A stretch of 10,866 nucleotides of DNA from a virus (IMGVR_UViG_2579778899_000010:1-10866); one strand, 5' to 3'; positions 1 to 6,565 are shown, numbered from the stretch's first letter. Notes: a model not told the origin generated them from the sequence alone. Translations and numbers: made by a program.

Positions 1-115
1 CACGTTCTAAGTTTTGGACGCCTGCTATAGAGATATCGACAGCCTCAGCAACTTCTCGCAACGTCAGCTTCATCTCTAAACGGCGTGCTTTCAGTCGTTC
101 GCCTCGTGTTTTCAT
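1..115 (-). CDS. Phage repressor-like HTH (XRE/cI family) regulator, N-terminal part only; gene continues beyond the window start
   Basis: Reverse complement of 115..1 reads ATG AAA ACA CGA GGC... = MKTRGERLKARRLEMKLTLREVAEAVDISIAGVQNLER, a typical XRE helix-turn-helix. It is divergent from the cro-like gene across operator repeats. A TATGAT hexamer lies 6 nt upstream of the ATG on the minus strand. The C-terminal domain is not visible. Confidence 0.75.
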   Translation of the reverse strand, partial: MKTRGERLKARRLEMKLTLREVAEAVDISIAGVQNLER

Positions 116-138
116 ACTGTAATCATAAATGATCTTCT

Positions 139-178
139 TATAGCTGGCTATAAAATTTATTTATTATAGCTGGCTTTA
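139..178. promoter_or_regulatory. Operator/divergent promoter region: two copies of TATAGCTGGCT(A/T)TA at 139-152 and 165-178 (imperfect 6-2-6 palindromes)
   Basis: Direct reading: TATAGC-TG-GCTATA at 139-152 and TATAGC-TG-GCTTTA at 165-178, centres 26 bp apart, between the divergently transcribed repressor-like and cro-like genes. The layout is that of lambdoid OR-type operators. Confidence 0.5.
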
Positions 179-206
179 ATTGTTGTTTATTGTTTATAAT
201 AACAAC

Positions 207-428
207 ATGAAACCAGAAGAACTTATTCGCCATTTTGGCAGTGTAGAAAAAGCAGCGGCAGGGGTAGGTGTAACACCCGGAGCTGTTTACCAATGGTTAA
301 CCGCTGGAGAGATTCCTTCATTGCGGCAAAGCGATATTGAAGTTCGTACTGCTTATAAGCTGAAGAGTGACTTTACAACTCGGCGGGTAAAGCAGTCGAT
401 TAAGGAGAGTCGTAAGCGTGGAGCTTGA
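207..428 (+). CDS. Cro-like small DNA-binding regulator (73 aa)
   Basis: ATG at 207 gives MKPEELIRHFGSVEKAAAGVGVTPGAVYQWLTAGEIPS..., with an HTH-like GSVEKAAAGVGVTPGAVYQW segment. It is first in the rightward operon, opposite the repressor. There is no SD; TATAAT at 195-200 sits 6 nt upstream of the ATG. The ORF track's 180 start is a TTG inside the operator. Confidence 0.65.
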   Translation: MKPEELIRHFGSVEKAAAGVGVTPGAVYQWLTAGEIPSLRQSDIEVRTAYKLKSDFTTRRVKQSIKESRKRGA

Positions 429-1128
429 GTATATACGCAGCTGCGTCTCTACGGCATTGGCTGATGTTCATTATCGCCAGCGTGGCATTCTGGAGGTCCA
501 GCTTGAGCAGATGCGTCTCGGTAGATCAGGACGGTTTAACAATAAACCAGTCCGGTCAATCAGTGTGGGGGATGATAACTCATACGAAGTGTCCGTTCCT
601 GCTGAGCCGGTTAGATTCCACCAGGGGAAAACATTTAAACAATCATCAATGTTGCTCACTGATATTGATTTTCAGAGCGCCAGCTGGCGCAGGGCTATTG
701 GTCAGTTGAATAACGAGGAATCAGCCTGGCTTTATTATTGCTACGGATGCAAGCCTGATTACAACAATGATGTGATTGTTTGTCAGTGGTTATGGCTTGA
801 TTTTCTGGTTGCTCATTCGGGGGGCGGCTTTAAAAAAATGAAGGCCTCCACGAAAAAAGCCATGCGGAAATTGATTTATTACGCGGCACAACAGGTTAAA
901 TCAGAACTTACGTGTGCTGAGGCAGTTGATGAGAGAGAACAGGACAGGCATCTGAGTTTTCTACTGAATATATCTATTGATAGCTGGAGACAAGATTATA
1001 AAGAACGCTGGCTTTTAATTAAGTCGCGATGTCTGAGCTTAAATCGAACTGCATTATTAAATGCGGCGGAGAAGCGCAGTGAAATCATCAAACGCCATCG
1101 GGCAGGAAGTGCCATTCTGTCTTTGTAA
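418..1128 (+). CDS. Hypothetical early-operon protein (236 aa); function not recognised (position is that of a cII-like or replication-type gene)
   Basis: GTG at 418 is preceded by the strong SD AAGGAGAG (401-408) and overlaps the cro-like stop. It is a long uninterrupted ORF in the operon frame. I cannot assign a family from the sequence alone. Confidence 0.6.
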   Translation: MELEYIRSCVSTALADVHYRQRGILEVQLEQMRLGRSGRFNNKPVRSISVGDDNSYEVSVPAEPVRFHQGKTFKQSSMLLTDIDFQSASWRRAIGQLNNEESAWLYYCYGCKPDYNNDVIVCQWLWLDFLVAHSGGGFKKMKASTKKAMRKLIYYAAQQVKSELTCAEAVDEREQDRHLSFLLNISIDSWRQDYKERWLLIKSRCLSLNRTALLNAAEKRSEIIKRHRAGSAILSL

Positions 1129-1135
1129 ACAAGTT

Positions 1136-1381
1136 ATGTTCAGGAAACCGTCGAAGCCAGAATTAAGGTATTCGGGGGTAAGAAATGAATATGTTATCTG
1201 GTGTCCAACTTGTGGTTACAGGACACGACCAGATAGTAATAAGCAGTCTGTAATTGCCGATTGGTATTTATCAAATCAGCCAGGTAATAAGCATATAGAA
1301 AATCTTTGGATTAAGCGTTACTTGGAAATCAGAGAGGGTGCGACCGTGGTCGCACAAGAAAATGAAAATAACGCCATTTAA
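1136..1381 (+). CDS. Small Cys-containing protein, putative zinc ribbon; start uncertain (1061 or 1136)
   Basis: The ORF contains WCPTCGY, and upstream FCLC if started at 1061. There is no clear SD. Its C-terminal codons (GATVVAQ) read straight through palindrome copy 1. Confidence 0.4.
   Translation: MFRKPSKPELRYSGVRNEYVIWCPTCGYRTRPDSNKQSVIADWYLSNQPGNKHIENLWIKRYLEIREGATVVAQENENNAI
1338..1355. repeat. Palindrome copy 1: GTGCGACC-GT-GGTCGCAC
   Basis: Read directly; 8-bp inverted arms around a central GT. Lies at the 1136/1362 gene junction, 6 nt before ATG 1362. Confidence 0.9.
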
Positions 1382-1565
1382 GCAGGGGCCGATGACGCAT
1401 GATGAAGCAGAGCGTCTTTCAGATACTTATCGGCGGCGTGGTAAGAAAGTTCTGGTTGTTCGTTCTGATTTTTTAGGTGATGGATATTGCGTTTATGTTC
1501 ATTTACCTGAATCAGAAAGAACGCCAAAACCATCCAGAACATATCAACAGAAAATTTGGGTATAG
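1362..1565 (+). CDS. Hypothetical small protein (67 aa); start uncertain (1362 or 1392)
   Basis: ATG at 1362 lies 6 nt after palindrome copy 1 and gives MKITPFKQGPMTHDEAERLSDTYRRRGKKVLVVRSDFLGDGYCVYVHLPESE.... The track's longer 1338 start is a GTG inside the palindrome. Confidence 0.4.
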   Translation: MKITPFKQGPMTHDEAERLSDTYRRRGKKVLVVRSDFLGDGYCVYVHLPESERTPKPSRTYQQKIWV

Positions 1566-1588
1566 ATAAACGTTGAGGAGAATTATTC

Positions 1589-2188
1589 GTGACTAATCAG
1601 ATTATTTACGACAGGAAACGGTCTGATGTAATGATTGACCTTGAAACAATGGGTACTAACACATGTGCTCCAATTGTTTCTATCGGGGCAGTGTTTTTTT
1701 CTCCAGAAAGTGAGGAATTAGGTCCTACTTTTTATGTGCCAGTGAATCTCAGAAGCTCGATGTTGAATGGTGGTATCGCCGATGGTGATACCATTTTATG
1801 GTGGTTGAAACAGAGCAAGGAAGCCAGAGCCGCTATTTGTACTAATGATGCCCTTGATATTAAGGATGCACTTTTTGAATTATCACACTTTATTACTTGC
1901 CATGCATGTAATTTAAAAAAATTGAAAGTATGGGGAAATGGAGCAACGTTCGATAATGTAATTTTACGCGGTGCTTATGAGCGCGTTGGCTTAGCCTGTC
2001 CGTGGGAATATTTTAATGATCAGGATGTTCGAACAATCGTTAATCTTGGTCAGTTTATTGGTTTTAATCCTAAAAAAGATATGCTATTTGATGGCGAACG
2101 ACACAATGCCCTGGCTGATGCTATTCATCAGGCTAAATATGTATCCGCAATTTTCTCCCGTCTTGTAAAAGGGCAAGGAGAATCGTAA
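1589..2188 (+). CDS. DEDDh-type 3'-5' exonuclease (DnaQ-like fold, phage Rv2179c-like family)
   Basis: GTG at 1589 with SD GAGGAG upstream. Motifs: D-x-E in MIDLETMG, a second Asp in GATFDNVIL, and H-x4-D in ERHNALADAIH. The size (199 aa) is typical. Confidence 0.8.
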   Translation: MTNQIIYDRKRSDVMIDLETMGTNTCAPIVSIGAVFFSPESEELGPTFYVPVNLRSSMLNGGIADGDTILWWLKQSKEARAAICTNDALDIKDALFELSHFITCHACNLKKLKVWGNGATFDNVILRGAYERVGLACPWEYFNDQDVRTIVNLGQFIGFNPKKDMLFDGERHNALADAIHQAKYVSAIFSRLVKGQGES

Positions 2189-2607
2189 TGGCAAAGGCTT
2201 TTACACCAGAACAGAGGGAAGAACTGAATAAACAAATTGTGGAACTCGTGCGCCTGAATGGACGAGGAACGGTTAGGCAACTTGCGGATGAAACTGGTAT
2301 TAGCCGGTGTGCTGTTAGTCGTTTATCAAGAGAGCTTGCTGCCAGTGGTGATTTGTATATCTCTGGCTCCGGGATATTTCTGTCTGCACAAGCACGCAAG
2401 GACTGGCAAAACGCCCGTAAAAAACTATCAAGAGTAAAGCCGAAGAAATCGGTAGTGGTTGATCCAGACCTTATCTGGTCATTACCTGACGGAGAAATAC
2501 GTCGTTACGACAGGCGCTTGAACATGATTTGTCACGATTGTCGGAAGAGCGAAGTTATGCAGCGTGTGTTGGCGTTTTATCAGGGAAATTTTCAGGAGGT
2601 GGCGTAG
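2188..2607 (+). CDS. Hypothetical protein with probable winged-helix/HTH segment (139 aa)
   Basis: SD AAGGAGA before ATG 2188, with TAATG overlap with the exonuclease stop. Candidate HTH in GTVRQLADETGISRCAVSRLSRELAASG. Confidence 0.65.
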   Translation: MAKAFTPEQREELNKQIVELVRLNGRGTVRQLADETGISRCAVSRLSRELAASGDLYISGSGIFLSAQARKDWQNARKKLSRVKPKKSVVVDPDLIWSLPDGEIRRYDRRLNMICHDCRKSEVMQRVLAFYQGNFQEVA

Positions 2608-2897
2608 TGAATATCGACACCACGATAACGATCGATACGGCCCTAAATACCGGTCTGGCACTTCTCGGTTGGTTTTACATCATGTTCAGTGCGGGGAAGT
2701 GGGCGGCCTCTGTTTTTCTAAAGCAGTGGGGAAAGCGCCGCAAACAGGAAAAACGCCAGAAAGCGTTGGAGGCGTTCTATGACGCATTTGAACTTAGCCG
2801 CATTGAGCCAGGCACAACAGCCAAGATAGCGACAAAAGGCGACCTGATGATAGTGATGTTCCGACAGGAGAGAGCAGAGAAAGGTGAATCAGCATGA
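2607..2897 (+). CDS. Small membrane protein (96 aa), one hydrophobic helix
   Basis: GTG at 2607 with SD AGGAGG at 2595-2600. Hydrophobic segment LALLGWFYIMFSAGKWAASVF is followed by a basic stretch KQWGKRRKQEKRQK. The track's 2529 start has no SD. Confidence 0.5.
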   Translation: MNIDTTITIDTALNTGLALLGWFYIMFSAGKWAASVFLKQWGKRRKQEKRQKALEAFYDAFELSRIEPGTTAKIATKGDLMIVMFRQERAEKGESA

Positions 2898-3643
2898 AAT
2901 TTTCTAAATTTTCTGAGTTGGTGAATCGTATTTTGTTGAATCGTATTTTGTCCAACAACCACAGCCATCGTCGCGATATGGATGTAACAATCGTTGTTCA
3001 TTCGCCTGGCAGCATTGGTTCAACACCTTCAGTTGAGGTTCAGTCAATTCACGCTGGTTTTGATTGGGATTCCGGGAAAGTGCTTATTTTCCCATCACAG
3101 CCACTGACCACGCTAACACCAGAACAGATTACTGATATCACTGATAGTGTGCGCAAAGGTCAGTCCTGGCACGCATATCAGGAATATAAAAATCATAAAG
3201 AGCAGTTGGAAAAATTGTCGATTGAGTTGGAATCAGCCAAAAATCACATAGCAGAACTGGAAGCCAAACCTGTAAGCCAAACTTACAAGTTAACTTTTGA
3301 GCAATGGCTGGAACAGCAGCATGACAAAATTGATGTTGATTGTGGATGTGTAAGTACTGAAATGCTTATGCACTGGATAAGGGTCGCGTATGAGGCTGGC
3401 AACTATCCGGTAACTCCGGATGGTTGGATAAGCTGTAGTGATCGAATGCCTGAAAAGGGCCAGAACGTGCTTATTTCGGTGAATTTCGATAGCTCTCTGG
3501 TTGAACCGCTAATATGCTCCGCACGCTATACCGGAAGCACCTTTCGGAGCGGAGATGCAACGATTAAGCCGGGTAATGGTATTGAGCAAGCAACTCACTG
3601 GATGCCACTACCAGAACCGCCGCAGGAGTCGAAGAGTGAATAA
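2894..3643 (+). CDS. DUF551-like phage protein (249 aa)
   Basis: ATG at 2894 after AAAGGTGA. The C-terminal portion GWISCSDRMPEKGQNVLIS...HWMPLPEPP matches what I recall of DUF551. An in-frame 15-bp tandem duplication lies near the 5' end. Confidence 0.65.
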   Translation: MKFSKFSELVNRILLNRILSNNHSHRRDMDVTIVVHSPGSIGSTPSVEVQSIHAGFDWDSGKVLIFPSQPLTTLTPEQITDITDSVRKGQSWHAYQEYKNHKEQLEKLSIELESAKNHIAELEAKPVSQTYKLTFEQWLEQQHDKIDVDCGCVSTEMLMHWIRVAYEAGNYPVTPDGWISCSDRMPEKGQNVLISVNFDSSLVEPLICSARYTGSTFRSGDATIKPGNGIEQATHWMPLPEPPQESKSE

Positions 3644-3857
3644 AGCAGAGTTATTTCAGAAAATATCGGCTCTCGCGACTGAATGCCACGCTATAGCATC
3701 TGAGCTTGATGTTGGTGATGAACGAACCGAGATGTTCGAAATATACAGTGTGCTGCGCAATCTCTGTCGGCGTGGCTACGCCACTCAAGTAGGGCGAATG
3801 ACTAACCCACTACTCTCATCCTGTGATGAGGATGACTCAGATGAGGATGACGAATGA
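3636..3857 (+). CDS. Small acidic protein (73 aa)
   Basis: GTG at 3636 with GGAG upstream, overlapping the preceding stop. The product ends in the acidic tail DEDDSDEDDE. The track's longer 3555 start overlaps the previous gene. Confidence 0.45.
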   Translation: MNKAELFQKISALATECHAIASELDVGDERTEMFEIYSVLRNLCRRGYATQVGRMTNPLLSSCDEDDSDEDDE

Positions 3858-4384
3858 TGCATAAATCAGTAGCCGGTGAGTTTCAGAAGGAAGTCGATAA
3901 TACTACCGTTCTATTGGACGATATTTTAAGCATTCTCGCGCTGCTTGAGGCTGGCGATTGGTCAGAACATTGCACTAAAACAGAGCTAGGCGGTCGGCTT
4001 GAAAGAGAGATTACACGACTTATTGGTGATGCGCAGGAAGCCACTGTCACTGGCTATGAGTTAATCGCTGAAGCTTGGCGTTTGATGGATGGACAAGACC
4101 CTAAAACCAGCGATTGGCATAGCAAGGCTTCGAAGTATTTAAATTCCAATATTGTAGAAAAAGTTGATGATGACCGTATTGAGGCCGTTAAGGCTGTGTT
4201 GCGTAGACTGGCTGGCAACTCTCCGGTAACTCCGGATGGTCATATTCAGTTTTCTGTTTCACTTCCTGCAGCGTTTGGTGGAGATAAATATTTTATTGAT
4301 GGTGTATTTCAACCTTTGAGATATGAGCGTGACTGTGAAAGGGCGGTTGTGGCCGCTGGCGGTGTAGTTAATTGGGTTAAGTAA
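3854..4384 (+). CDS. Hypothetical protein (176 aa)
   Basis: ATGA overlap with the upstream gene. It shares the peptide AGN(S/Y)PVTPDG with the DUF551-like protein, encoded by a 29/30-nt identical DNA segment. Confidence 0.65.
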   Translation: MMHKSVAGEFQKEVDNTTVLLDDILSILALLEAGDWSEHCTKTELGGRLEREITRLIGDAQEATVTGYELIAEAWRLMDGQDPKTSDWHSKASKYLNSNIVEKVDDDRIEAVKAVLRRLAGNSPVTPDGHIQFSVSLPAAFGGDKYFIDGVFQPLRYERDCERAVVAAGGVVNWVK

Positions 4385-4399
4385 TTTTCAGGAGGATTT

Positions 4400-4726
4400 A
4401 TGGCGCTGACACCGGCAGAACGGCAAAGGAGACGCAGGGAACGGTTGAAGAAGGAAGGCACATCAAGACGGGACTGGATTCTAGAACCTGACGAGTTACG
4501 TATGTTGGGGGAAATTTGTGTATTGCGTAGACCAGGGCGAGTTCCATATTCGGAGAACGAAGTCATTGGTTTGCTGATCAGGAAAAACTATAAGGAGCTG
4601 CAGAAGCAGCTATCTACTACTTGCCCGCGATGTGGTCAAAAAATGCCTGTTTCAGAATGCATTTTTGATGGCGAAGGGTCATGCCACCTTACAACCACGA
4701 GGCTGAAACTTGCGCTCAAAGCGTGA
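4400..4726 (+). CDS. Arginine-rich-motif protein with C-terminal Cys cluster (108 aa); candidate RNA-binding protein
   Basis: Strong SD CAGGAGG before ATG 4400. N-terminus MALTPAERQRRRRERLKKEG is an ARM-like basic stretch. C-terminus carries CPRCG...C...C. Confidence 0.7.
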   Translation: MALTPAERQRRRRERLKKEGTSRRDWILEPDELRMLGEICVLRRPGRVPYSENEVIGLLIRKNYKELQKQLSTTCPRCGQKMPVSECIFDGEGSCHLTTTRLKLALKA

Positions 4727-4744
4727 CTGGTCACGGAGGGATAA

Positions 4745-4987
4745 ATGGATAAAAAGGCATTGCTTTTTGAAATGATACGAAAACGGAGCGAAAAGAGCTT
4801 TTCTGATGGTGGTGATGGTTTTGTTTTCGCTTCGATGCTTTCTTTTGATGTTGGGTTAAATAGCAGAATTGTTAAAAGGATGCTTGATTCTGCTGTCCGT
4901 ACTGGACTTCTTGAGAAAGTTGATCGTGGCATAGGGAGAGAGCATAAGTATCGGGTCACACAGCAGTTTACGCAGTTAATTCATTGA
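4745..4987 (+). CDS. Hypothetical small protein, possible winged helix (80 aa)
   Basis: SD GGAGGG before ATG 4745. Last gene of the rightward early operon before the AT-rich SOS promoter region. Confidence 0.6.
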   Translation: MDKKALLFEMIRKRSEKSFSDGGDGFVFASMLSFDVGLNSRIVKRMLDSAVRTGLLEKVDRGIGREHKYRVTQQFTQLIH

Positions 4988-5008
4988 AAATTGACCGTAA
5001 AGTTTGAG

Positions 5009-5036
5009 TTTTACCCTGTAATTTTATACAGTATAA
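5009..5036 (+). promoter_or_regulatory. SOS-type promoter: -35 TTTACC (5009-5014), LexA box CTGTAATTTTATACAG (5015-5030), -10 TATAAA (5031-5036)
   Basis: CTGT-N8-ACAG with an AT-rich spacer is the E. coli LexA operator pattern. It exactly fills the 16-bp spacer between the -35-like and -10-like hexamers, 40 bp upstream of ATG 5070. Confidence 0.6.
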
Positions 5037-5069
5037 ATAACCTTTTTTAGTTAAATGGTATGAGATTTA

Positions 5070-5273
5070 ATGTCTGAAGCAGCCGTATCAACTCTTGAAC
5101 AACTCGATTCAAATTTAAGAGATATTGACGCCGTTCTGGATCTGGTTAGCGTCACCCTGGCTTCTCCAGAAGCCAGCCTACATATTGGTGAGGTTTCACG
5201 ACTCATCAACATGTCGCGAGAGATTGCCCAGCATTGTCAGCAAACTATCGCTGTTGAGCGTTCACATCATTGA
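5070..5273 (+). CDS. Small protein (67 aa) under putative LexA control; candidate SOS-induced antirepressor or induction factor
   Basis: ATG at 5070 downstream of the LexA-box promoter gives MSEAAVSTLEQLDSNLRDIDAVLDLVSVTLASPEASLHIGEVSRLINMSREIAQHCQQTIAVERSHH. SD is weak. Function is inferred from context only. Confidence 0.55.
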   Translation: MSEAAVSTLEQLDSNLRDIDAVLDLVSVTLASPEASLHIGEVSRLINMSREIAQHCQQTIAVERSHH

Positions 5274-5315
5274 TGCACACCCCGCCCTTCTGGACGGGGT
5301 AGTAAAAGAGTCTAA

Positions 5316-5603
5316 TTAATAAACAGCGCGAATATCGATGGTTGCGCCGCAGGCATGAGCATATTTAGCCAAAGTTTTCATACTTGCCCCTAAAGGATTG
5401 CTTTCCAGGCGGCTGATGGCTGACGGTCGCAACCCCATTCGTTCAGCCAGAGCTGATTTCGTTAAACCTGCTCTTTCCCTCATTTCGTATAACATTTCGA
5501 CCATCTCCAGCTCTTTGTCGGCCTCTTCATATCCTTTGACGGCTTCTGGAGTGTTGAGGAGTTTTTCTTTTACTTCGTTAAACGGGATGCCTTTCGCTTT
5601 CAT
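5316..5603 (-). CDS. HTH (XRE-family) antitoxin of a HigA-like type II TA pair (95 aa)
   Basis: Minus-strand ATG at 5603-5601 with SD AAGGAGA 7 nt upstream, overlapping the toxin stop by 1 nt. HTH segment LTKSALAERMGLRPSAISRLESN. Confidence 0.8.
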   Translation of the reverse strand: MKAKGIPFNEVKEKLLNTPEAVKGYEEADKELEMVEMLYEMRERAGLTKSALAERMGLRPSAISRLESNPLGASMKTLAKYAHACGATIDIRAVY

Positions 5604-5914
5604 CAGTTCATCTCCTTCAGGCGAGTTCTGGCGATTTCGATAGCCTTCACCGGTGTTTTCTGTGTCTTTTTTACAAATGCATGCAATAGATAAATTTCGT
5701 TACCAGTCGCGTAGGCGTACAGCGTTCTTGCGATGTTTTTATCCCCTACTCGTAGTTCAAAAAGCCCTCCACCTATTACACGGCTATGGGGCATCTTCAG
5801 TTTGTTGCCTTCCTTCTCCAGTCGCTCAATTAATCTGGTCATGCGACCTCGCAAATCATCTGGTAGTTCAAGCAGTTCATCCAGTGCTGCAGGGTGGGTT
5901 ATCACGTTAAACAT
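5603..5914 (-). CDS. RelE/ParE-superfamily toxin, HigB/Gp49-like (103 aa)
   Basis: Minus-strand ATG at 5914-5912 with GGAGG 7 nt upstream. Product MFNVITHPAALDELLELPDDLRGRMTRLIERL...GGLFELRVGDKNIARTLYAYATGNEIYLLHAFVKKTQKTP matches the RelE-fold Gp49/HigB pattern. Toxin-first order with a coupled HTH antitoxin. Confidence 0.8.
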   Translation of the reverse strand: MFNVITHPAALDELLELPDDLRGRMTRLIERLEKEGNKLKMPHSRVIGGGLFELRVGDKNIARTLYAYATGNEIYLLHAFVKKTQKTPVKAIEIARTRLKEMN

Positions 5915-6079
5915 ATTATAGCCTCCATAGCCATAAAATACACCAAAACAAGAAAAAAGCGCAAATTAAAAATTTCACTAAAAAGTTAAAAATAACACTG
6001 GATGTGTTCGTTTGGCAGAGTTACAGTTCGTGTCATTGAGGGGCAATAACCCACTAACTATATGAATTTGGAGGATATT

Positions 6080-6301
6080 ATGAATTATCAAGGTAACGAA
6101 AAAATGCGCGACGACGTTGCGGAGATAGCTAACGAACTGTATGAGTTGTGGCAGAAGGTTGAACGTTTCGAAAAGGAATATGGTTTCAACAGTACCAACC
6201 TGGCAGAACGACTGGCTGGTCGCTTAGTTGGGACTATGGGGCCAAAACTGGCTGAGTTGAACCGCTTTATGGCTGATGTTGATTTCCAGTTTCAAGATTG
6301 A
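6080..6301 (+). CDS. Hypothetical small protein (73 aa)
   Basis: Strong SD GGAGG (6069-6073) 6 nt before ATG 6080. The track's longer 6062 start has no SD. Confidence 0.55.
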   Translation: MNYQGNEKMRDDVAEIANELYELWQKVERFEKEYGFNSTNLAERLAGRLVGTMGPKLAELNRFMADVDFQFQD

Positions 6302-6314
6302 TTAGAGAGGCGTT

Positions 6315-6542
6315 ATGAATATTAATGAAATTCGTGGAAATATGACTGAAGCGGCCCTGAGTGTGGAATGTGTTATGCGTGGATACCCACGCATTTCCCT
6401 GAAAGAGTTAAGCGAAGCCTGTTTTTTGAGTCAAGCTGCCGTTGAATTTATCATCGAACAGATGATCTGTTTTGGGGTTGCAAAGCGTAGCGGGTCTGGT
6501 CGATATTCTTTGACCGATGAATATAAGCAGGCAACTTTCTAA
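6315..6542 (+). CDS. Hypothetical small protein with possible winged-helix DNA-binding fold (75 aa)
   Basis: SD GAGAGG before ATG 6315. Segment RISLKELSEACFLSQAAVEFIIEQMICFGVAKRSGSGRYSLT is wHTH-like. The stop lies 5 nt before palindrome copy 2. Confidence 0.5.
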   Translation: MNINEIRGNMTEAALSVECVMRGYPRISLKELSEACFLSQAAVEFIIEQMICFGVAKRSGSGRYSLTDEYKQATF

Positions 6543-6547
6543 AAACT

Positions 6548-6565
6548 GTGCGACCACGGTCGCAC
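6548..6565. repeat. Palindrome copy 2: GTGCGACC-AC-GGTCGCAC (central dinucleotide inverted relative to the other three; flanking T/A extend it to 20 bp, 6547-6566)
   Basis: Read directly. Immediately after the stop of the 6315..6542 gene and about 85 bp upstream of the intrinsic terminator. Confidence 0.9.

Noticed and set aside
418-1128. Naming the 236-aa protein as a specific family (CII/CP76-like regulator, YdaT-like protein or replication initiator)
   Set aside because: I cannot match a diagnostic motif by eye and my recollection of those families is not precise enough. Left as hypothetical.
1061-1381. Calling the small Cys-containing protein a Lar-type restriction-alleviation protein
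   Set aside because: Only one clear CxxC pair (CPTCG) is present and the upstream FCLC depends on an uncertain start. The resemblance is too weak without a profile search.
1338-1565. ORF-track start MRPWSH... at 1338, and the identical MRPWSH... start of the 373-aa ORF at 9581
   Set aside because: Both begin with the GTG inside the palindrome GTGCGACCGTGGTCGCAC (GTG CGA CCG TGG TCG CAC = V R P W S H). The shared peptide is an artefact of the repeat, and the real genes more plausibly start at ATG 1362 and at the SD-led ATG 9842.
5280-5299. GC hairpin between the convergent SOS gene and the TA operon, as a bidirectional intrinsic terminator
   Set aside because: The stem is present but there is no T-run on either strand, so it is not a canonical rho-independent terminator. 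Kept only as a possible structure in the convergent-transcription finding.
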